Virus record (IMG/VR): IMGVR_UViG_3300007512_001664
Coordinates: 136,820 to 200,819 of that record
DNA length: 64,000 nt
Origin: a virus
Lineage: Duplodnaviria; Caudoviricetes
Direction: 5' to 3' (one strand)
The notes below the pieces were generated by a model. The model did not search any database, was not told where the DNA came from, and saw only the letters and a list, made by a program, of their open reading frames with translations. Both the position numbers and the translations under genes were made by a program. Numbering within the stretch: the first letter of the stretch is position 1; each line of letters begins with the position of its first letter. Positions 58,359 to 64,000 of the stretch are shown here, piece after piece.

Positions 58359-59171
58359 GTGAATGCTATTTTTTACACACACCATTATGAAGACGAGTTT
58401 GTACGTGATACATTTAAAAAGCTTCAGAAGTTAAACCCTCAGTGGGATATTTATAGTATTGGTTTTAAAGGTAATAAATTACTACCCGGGTCATTAATTG
58501 CGAAAAAGGATAAATACCCTTCGAATTCTTGTATTGAGGGTGCCCTTCCAGTGGAGTGGTCAGAAGCTGATTTATTATTTTGCGAAGCATATAGACATAA
58601 ACCGAAGTATGATTATTATTTTTTTGTTGAATATGATACTATATTCAATGTACCGGTTTTAGACTTTTTCGACATAGAAGGGGAAGATTTTCTAGGCTGT
58701 AATGTTGATAATAATCCAGGTCAAGCTTGGGTTTGGATTCAAAAGTTCGAAAGCTTTATAGATCAACATAGAGATGTCTCTATGTATGATGACGATTATG
58801 GCGCGGGTGGTCAGACTACATGTGTTAGTTTTAATAACAGTACATTAAAAAATTATAGAAATGAAATTATAAAAAACAAATATTTTTATGAGCATATGTT
58901 TAGTGAGTTGAGGTTGGGTACAGCCTTAAAAAAATATACTACTTTGAAAAACATACGATCTGATATTTCTGACTATGTAAGCTGGACTACTGATGATATA
59001 ACTTATAATTTTAAGAAACCGTATTTTTATCATCCAGGTGGTAATCGATGTGTTAACAGCAAACAGATGTCAAAAGATGAATACTACGAAAGAACAGCAA
59101 AATGTTTAGATTCTGGTATTGATGTTCCGTGGACAAAAGAAGTAGAGAAAGTTGAAAAATCTGCCTCTTAA
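58359..59171 (+). CDS. putative glycosyltransferase-like protein
   Basis: WSEAD, YDYYFFVEYD (ExD), FSE, YHP; island context. Confidence 0.5.
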   Translation: MNAIFYTHHYEDEFVRDTFKKLQKLNPQWDIYSIGFKGNKLLPGSLIAKKDKYPSNSCIEGALPVEWSEADLLFCEAYRHKPKYDYYFFVEYDTIFNVPVLDFFDIEGEDFLGCNVDNNPGQAWVWIQKFESFIDQHRDVSMYDDDYGAGGQTTCVSFNNSTLKNYRNEIIKNKYFYEHMFSELRLGTALKKYTTLKNIRSDISDYVSWTTDDITYNFKKPYFYHPGGNRCVNSKQMSKDEYYERTAKCLDSGIDVPWTKEVEKVEKSAS

Positions 59172-59172
59172 G

Positions 59173-59200
59173 TTGATTATTTTTGCGGGTAATCTATAAT
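59173..59200 (+). promoter_or_regulatory. sigma70-like promoter TTGATT-N16-TATAAT, ATG 7 nt downstream
   Basis: Read directly in the intergenic gap. Confidence 0.65.
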
Positions 59201-59207
59201 ATTTAGC

Positions 59208-59795
59208 ATGATTTTAAAAGATATCGATATCTATGATGGAAATTTGATTCACGGTCGGTTTGCTTATAAATATTTTCGTAAAAAAACACTCCCAATTGGT
59301 AATATTATTGCGTTTCGCGCTCCAATGAAAGTAGAAACCGAGGGGATGATTGATAATGAAGACCTTCTTAACAATGATTTTATTTACTCTGATGACGCTG
59401 TCAATTTTTGTTGGGAGCTTCCTAATTTATGTCCTCTTGGGGCTGTTTTCTTTCAAAGATTATTTAACACACAAATTGCGAATTTGCTGTCGACGAAATA
59501 TTTGAAGGCCCCCATCGAAGTTGATGGTGATGACTTAATCGTACATAAAGAATTTGAGCAACACGGCATTATACAACCAAAAGGTAAGTGTAGTGTTAGT
59601 ATAACCTATTCAAAAGACAATGTTGCGATTGGTCACACGGCAATTAATGTGCTGGCTGGTCAAAAAGCACCGTCTTTTGCGTTTTCCACCAATTTAACCG
59701 ATAATCAAGTAGAGGAATTCATGAAAATCGTGGTGGATTTGTACTATTCCATGACGGATGACGCGTTTATCGCGACAACGAAATTAACACTGTGA
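59208..59795 (+). CDS. DUF366-like protein (biotin/lipoate-ligase-like fold)
   Basis: YDG..I, IIAFRAP, MIDNED, IYSDD..NFCWE, FQRL, VDGDDL, KCSVSI, GHTAINV recalled from the DUF366 pattern. Confidence 0.65.
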   Translation: MILKDIDIYDGNLIHGRFAYKYFRKKTLPIGNIIAFRAPMKVETEGMIDNEDLLNNDFIYSDDAVNFCWELPNLCPLGAVFFQRLFNTQIANLLSTKYLKAPIEVDGDDLIVHKEFEQHGIIQPKGKCSVSITYSKDNVAIGHTAINVLAGQKAPSFAFSTNLTDNQVEEFMKIVVDLYYSMTDDAFIATTKLTL

Positions 59796-59941
59796 GGTTA
59801 CGTACTGCGGTCAAATTTTTTTCGCAAAACCCCGGGAATTTCCCTGTTTGGTGATTTGTACTTTTGGTTTTTTAGATTATGACCGTAGTCCAAATTTTTT
59901 TTGCAAAAATTGAGAAAAAATCCTTATAAGGATTTCCAGAT
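59796..59941. repeat. structured intergenic region with direct repeats, inverted repeats and an 18-bp palindrome
   Basis: CAAATTTTTTT(C/T)GCAAAA at 59812-59829 and 59891-59908; ACTGCGGTCA/TGACCGTAGT inverted pair; GGGAATTTCCC at 59834-59844; AAATCCTTATAAGGATTT at 59918-59935. Confidence 0.8.
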
Positions 59942-60322
59942 ATGAAACAAGCGAATAATTTTTTTGATTTTGTAACTAACATTTTATTTGAACAAAATAA
60001 AATTGATATAGACGTGACATCTGCGCAGATTTATTCTCCGTATATAGTTAACAGGTATATTACATTTGCTGATACTAGGTTTGTTCCACTAATAAACAAT
60101 AGTGTTAATATGTATGGTTCTGTTTTTAGTATAAACGTTGATCATTATAATTTGTTGCATTGTTTGATTCCAAAAACAAAAAGGAAATATATTAACTATA
60201 CTAAAAAAATAAAAAAAGATAAAACCGCATATGAAAGGGTATGTAAACAGTACGAACTCTCACAAAGAGAGGTGGATTTGTATTCAGAAACATTTAAGAT
60301 AAATATTAAAAAATATGAGTGA
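59942..60322 (+). CDS. gp62: clamp loader small subunit (gp62)
   Basis: YSPYIVNRYIT, HYNLL..LIPK.KR..INYTKK, CKQYELSQRE. Confidence 0.8.
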   Translation: MKQANNFFDFVTNILFEQNKIDIDVTSAQIYSPYIVNRYITFADTRFVPLINNSVNMYGSVFSINVDHYNLLHCLIPKTKRKYINYTKKIKKDKTAYERVCKQYELSQREVDLYSETFKINIKKYE

Positions 60323-60800
60323 GAAAATAAAGAAAAAACATTACGACAAAGCATTAGATAAGTTAGATCTAACTGATAGTCAACGAGACGCTTTGGATCA
60401 TGATGTAAAACGTAGCTTAATTAATTTAGATACATATCAAGATACTGATACATTTAGTCTTCAGGGATATAAGTTGAGTAGAGTTATGGATGATATTGTT
60501 TTAGCACAATATGTAGATTTATCAAATGATGGTCGGTCTGTTGTACGGAATGGTATACATATTCCGTTATCTCAAGTTAAACGTACATGGCGATTAGCTA
60601 GGGTTATATTAGTAGGTCCTCGATGTGAATATTCATCCCCTGGTGATGTTGTTTGTTTTCCAGATGACAAGGGAATAAAGGTTGATAATCTACGCGTAGT
60701 AGGTTATGAAAATTCTCTTAGGGATTGTATCTTTTTAAATGAACAACGTTTTTTCGGAATTTGTCAGGACTTAGAAGACGATGATAACCAGTCTAGCTAA
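60315..60800 (+). CDS. groES: GroES-like co-chaperonin
   Basis: VMDDIVL, NGIHIP, ARVILVGP, GDVVCF. Confidence 0.7.
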   Translation: MSEKIKKKHYDKALDKLDLTDSQRDALDHDVKRSLINLDTYQDTDTFSLQGYKLSRVMDDIVLAQYVDLSNDGRSVVRNGIHIPLSQVKRTWRLARVILVGPRCEYSSPGDVVCFPDDKGIKVDNLRVVGYENSLRDCIFLNEQRFFGICQDLEDDDNQSS

Positions 60801-61158
60801 TCTTAAAGGTATATTATTAGATAAGGTATGTGAGGTAAAGTTTGTAAGACGGAACCCTAAACCTGGACGTCCAGCAACTAGACGAATGCTGTGCACTAAT
60901 AATGTACAGCTTTTAAATTCCGTAGAGGGTCGTACTATTTTAAATTATGACCCGCCGCGACAAGCTCCGAATTATAATCCTAATCAAGAAAATTTAATTA
61001 TAGTTTGGGATATTATAATGCAAGATTATAGAACTATAAATTGCGACACAGTAGATTTAATTAGTACATTAGAAGCAGATGAAACATTTTGGGTATATAT
61101 AAATGAAAAAATTGCACCTATGTCTGCAGGTGAGAAAATGGCCTTTATGAATACATGA
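60781..61158 (+). CDS. WYL_2/SH3-like phage protein
   Basis: EVKF.R, RRMLCT, VWDI..QDYRTIN. Confidence 0.65.
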   Translation: MITSLANLKGILLDKVCEVKFVRRNPKPGRPATRRMLCTNNVQLLNSVEGRTILNYDPPRQAPNYNPNQENLIIVWDIIMQDYRTINCDTVDLISTLEADETFWVYINEKIAPMSAGEKMAFMNT

Positions 61159-61481
61159 CGTACGAGGATATTAATAACACATTAAAACATTTATTACTTC
61201 ACGATGTTAAGATTACATCGAAAAAACGTACTCTCGGTACTGGTCAAATTATGTTATATGAGTTAAAGGATTTTAATATTAAATTATTTTTTAATAATAA
61301 TAAGAAAGTAGAGTTATTATATCCTTTTAATATTATTACTGAAAAGAAAATTATATATTTCGATTATACCTTACAACACATACACCGAGATGATATTATA
61401 TGGAAAGCTCGACTTAACCGGATGATCAAAAATAAACGTAATAAATATTACGACTTGCTTCTCTCTATAGAAATATTATAA
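61155..61481 (+). CDS. hypothetical protein (108 aa)
   Basis: ATGA overlap with the upstream gene. Confidence 0.65.
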   Translation: MTYEDINNTLKHLLLHDVKITSKKRTLGTGQIMLYELKDFNIKLFFNNNKKVELLYPFNIITEKKIIYFDYTLQHIHRDDIIWKARLNRMIKNKRNKYYDLLLSIEIL

Positions 61482-61482
61482 T
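61455..61482 (+). promoter_or_regulatory. sigma70-like promoter TTGCTT-N16-TATAAT, ATG 6 nt downstream
   Basis: Read directly upstream of the helicase ATG at 61489. Confidence 0.6.
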
Positions 61483-61488
61483 ATGTGA

Positions 61489-63126
61489 ATGGGTATTAAA
61501 AACTTCCCGAAAGGATACATTCCATCTTCGAGTCAGCAGTATGCAATCCCTAATATACTTGATGCGTTTAAAGAGCACAAGTTTGTTGTTATGCAAGGAC
61601 CTACTGGCTGTGGAAAAAGTTTTATTGCCAAAGCAATAGCAAACGGATTACAAAAATTACCGTCAAGGTTATCAAAATTAGTTTCCGATTATAGAGCGTT
61701 TGAGACATCATGGGACAATGGTAAATTAGTTTATGAATATGCAGATGACTTTATTGATAAGAATTACGGTACATCAATATTAACAACAACAAAAGCATTA
61801 CAAGATCAATACACAAAAGATTTTAAAGATATAAAACCTCTTAAAGGTAAAGGTTCATACGTTTGTAATTTAGATGATCGAAGTACTGCTGATGCTGCTC
61901 CATGTGCTTTTAGTTCTAAACTAAAAAGAGAATGTTGGGATTGTAATAGGTGTGATTATTATGAAGCTAAAAATAAATCTATAATTGCAAAAATAAGCGT
62001 AGAAAATTATTCTAGCTTCTTTCACAAACCTGATCATTTAAAATATAGACAGCTTATTGTATGTGACGAGGCGTCGGAATTAGAAAATATAATTGTTAGT
62101 CGGTTTAGTTGTAGTATTGAGTTAGGTAAGTTAAACAGGTATAGTTTTAGTTTATTATATTCATCTAACAGAAAACGGTTTTATAATAATTTAATTAACT
62201 TACATCATCAGTTAGAAGGTAGGTATGTTGAATTGCTCCGTATGCTTGAGAAGCATTCTGATACTATAAGTGACGCAGTAAAGAAAGAGTTTAAATTTAT
62301 TGCAGATTTAAAGCGCGACTTATCTCTTATTATTGATACTTGGCAGCAATCTGAATATATTGTTAATAAGACTTCTATTTATAATAAAAAATATATACAA
62401 TTAATACCCAAAAAGGTTGATGTATTAGCGCAGCATTTATTTAGATATGCTGATAAGGTACTTCTTATGTCTGCTACATTCGTCGATTATAGACGTGTTA
62501 TGAGAAACTTAGGCATAGAAGAGCAAGATTTTAAATATATAGACTTACCTTCATCGTTTGATCCGAAACTGTCACCAATTGTATTTGGTACTATTCAACT
62601 TTCAAAAAAGAATATTGATAGATATTTTCCTAAAGTTGTTGAATGTGTAGATCAAATTTTAAAGGAGCATAAAGATGTAAAAGGTTTAATTCACACTCAG
62701 TCAAATGCTTTGACATTGAGATTAAAAAACGAATTAAAAAACGATAGGGTGTTATATCGTATAAGAGGTGATAAGGATAATATAGATATATTGACCGAGC
62801 ATTCTGAAAGCTCGGAGCCTACTGTGTTAGCTAGTCCGTCGTTAAGTTTTGGTGTTGATTTGAAAGGTGATGCGGCCCGTTTTTGTATTATTATTAAATG
62901 CCCGTGGCCTGATTTAGGAGATATACGAGTAAAAGAAATGTCCAAAAACGATTATAAATGGTATACAAATAAAATGTTTACTACGTTTATTCAACAATGT
63001 GGAAGATGTACTAGAGATGAAAATGATTACAGTACTACGTATGTTATTGACGCCGGTGGTATAAGAAAATTACTACCTGAATATAGAAGTTTATTGCCAG
63101 ATTATTTTATAGACCGTTTTATTTAA
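61489..63126 (+). CDS. DinG/Rad3(XPD)-like SF2 helicase
   Basis: GPTGCGKS, LKGK.SYVC plus Cys cluster, VCDEA, MSAT, GVDL, QQCGR. Confidence 0.9.
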   Translation: MGIKNFPKGYIPSSSQQYAIPNILDAFKEHKFVVMQGPTGCGKSFIAKAIANGLQKLPSRLSKLVSDYRAFETSWDNGKLVYEYADDFIDKNYGTSILTTTKALQDQYTKDFKDIKPLKGKGSYVCNLDDRSTADAAPCAFSSKLKRECWDCNRCDYYEAKNKSIIAKISVENYSSFFHKPDHLKYRQLIVCDEASELENIIVSRFSCSIELGKLNRYSFSLLYSSNRKRFYNNLINLHHQLEGRYVELLRMLEKHSDTISDAVKKEFKFIADLKRDLSLIIDTWQQSEYIVNKTSIYNKKYIQLIPKKVDVLAQHLFRYADKVLLMSATFVDYRRVMRNLGIEEQDFKYIDLPSSFDPKLSPIVFGTIQLSKKNIDRYFPKVVECVDQILKEHKDVKGLIHTQSNALTLRLKNELKNDRVLYRIRGDKDNIDILTEHSESSEPTVLASPSLSFGVDLKGDAARFCIIIKCPWPDLGDIRVKEMSKNDYKWYTNKMFTTFIQQCGRCTRDENDYSTTYVIDAGGIRKLLPEYRSLLPDYFIDRFI

Positions 63127-63138
63127 TAAATATTTATA

Positions 63139-63819
63139 ATGAAAAACCGGTATTATGGTTTTGAGCTAAAAGACATGATAAGGCAGTTTATTACTGCTTT
63201 TAATAGTATTGTCATTAATAGATATAATAGAAGTAAAACTGTTGTTGATCAAATTCAGACAGGTTTTTATTACGGCCCTAAAGAAAGAGCTCTTCAGGAT
63301 ATAGTTAATAAGTCTCAATCATTAAAGCTCCCAACTATTGCAGTTCATTACACATCTATTTCTAGAGATCCAGATAGGGTGTTTAATAAAATACCGGGGT
63401 TTTATTATAGTAAATCACCTACACTTAGTGCTGGTTCTTATGATTCAGATCATTTAAAGACTCCTATACCGGTTAATATAGGTATATCAATGTCTATTAT
63501 GACAAAATTTCAAACTGATATGGATCAAATTTTAAGCAATTTCGTACCTTACAATAACCCATATATTATTATAAGTTGGAAAGTACCGTCCTCTCAGAAT
63601 TTAGCTAATGATTTAGAAATAAGAACTGAAGTATTATGGGACGGTAATATAAGCTTAGATTATCCTGTTGAAATATCCGGTTCGCAACCAGCGAGAATTA
63701 TAGCAGATACTAGTTTTACAATGAAAGGATGGTTATTTAAAGGTGCTTCTTCTGATGTTAAAAATATCTTTGTTATTGATCAAGATTTCGTTCCAGTAAA
63801 TACGTTTGATTACGAATAG
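63139..63819 (+). CDS. gp15: tail sheath stabilizer / tail completion protein (gp15-like)
   Basis: YGPKE, LPTIA, SRDPDR, PIPVNI, DMDQILSNFVPY; late motif ATAAATA 6 nt upstream. Confidence 0.8.
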   Translation: MKNRYYGFELKDMIRQFITAFNSIVINRYNRSKTVVDQIQTGFYYGPKERALQDIVNKSQSLKLPTIAVHYTSISRDPDRVFNKIPGFYYSKSPTLSAGSYDSDHLKTPIPVNIGISMSIMTKFQTDMDQILSNFVPYNNPYIIISWKVPSSQNLANDLEIRTEVLWDGNISLDYPVEISGSQPARIIADTSFTMKGWLFKGASSDVKNIFVIDQDFVPVNTFDYE

Positions 63820-63821
63820 TT

Positions 63822-64000
63822 ATGCCTGATAATCCTAAAATACCTGAAGTAGGAGACGGTGAACAAGAAAATCATAGATTAACCGGCGGTATTGTTATAA
63901 CTTCAACGTCTACTGAGATTGAAGTACTTTGTGGAAAACCCGGTGTTCATAAAAATCAAAGATTCGAATGGGAGGATACTACTGTTTCACCATCAATAAC
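63822..64000 (+). CDS. hypothetical protein, truncated at the window end
   Basis: Open frame MPDNPKIPEVGDGEQENHRLTGGIVITS.. to the edge. Confidence 0.55.
   Translation, partial: MPDNPKIPEVGDGEQENHRLTGGIVITSTSTEIEVLCGKPGVHKNQRFEWEDTTVSPSI

Noticed and set aside
59812-59908. Mini CRISPR array
   Set aside because: Only two 18-bp low-complexity repeats, a 61-bp gap and no cas genes.
2273-62945. Short antisense or nested ORFs in the track (e.g. 2273-2455, 10568-10867, 17290-17700, 18191-18763, 27638-28003, 28333-28716, 50021-50305, 62697-62945)
   Set aside because: They lie wholly within well-supported genes and have no motifs; they look like shadow frames.
1-64000. Giant eukaryotic virus (NCLDV) or cellular origin, suggested by the plant-like glyco genes
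   Set aside because: gp55, gp32, gp41, UvsX/W/Y, gp46/47, gp62, gp15 and bacterial-type promoters identify a T4-like phage; the island shares the packing style and late motif.
1-64000. tRNA or rRNA genes, and restriction-site avoidance
   Set aside because: Intergenic gaps are too short or lack cloverleaf features. Site depletion needs k-mer statistics I cannot run; GATC is visibly frequent.

Overview
AT-rich fragment of a large T4-like (gp43/gp55-type) bacteriophage genome in the standard genetic code. I saw no tRNA, rRNA, CRISPR array, integrase or transposase. (1) 1-23.2 kb, minus strand: replication/recombination module with primase, RNase H, sliding clamp, gp32, gp59-like protein, DHH phosphoesterase, gp41, UvsX, family B polymerase, gp46/47, gp55 late sigma, UvsW and UvsY. 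Inserted in it are a two-enzyme NDP-rhamnose pathway, two glycosyltransferases and a class II glutamine amidotransferase-GuaC-QueC block. (2) 23.2-30 kb: Holliday junction resolvase, cytidyltransferase, FolE/QueD/QueE (completing a preQ0 7-deazaguanine pathway; no DpdA/TGT is recognisable in the window), a P-loop kinase and PhoH. (3) 30.0-59.2 kb: a ~29 kb glycan-building island. It holds about 13 glycosyltransferase domains, six methyltransferase domains, two NeuA-like CMP-transferases, an HpcH aldolase, a dehydrogenase-GT29 (sialyltransferase-like) fusion, a kinase-GT2 fusion, plant-type DUF579 and DUF616 proteins, an SGNH protein, a radical SAM enzyme and a six-member paralog family (one copy broken). 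(4) 59.2-64 kb: DUF366-like protein, a structured intergenic region, gp62, GroES-like protein, DinG-like helicase and gp15-like tail protein. The best candidates for new biology are a phage-encoded non-canonical ulosonic-acid glycosylation pathway within the island and a possibly further-modified 7-deazaguanine DNA base. All family calls come from motif recognition by eye; no database search was run.
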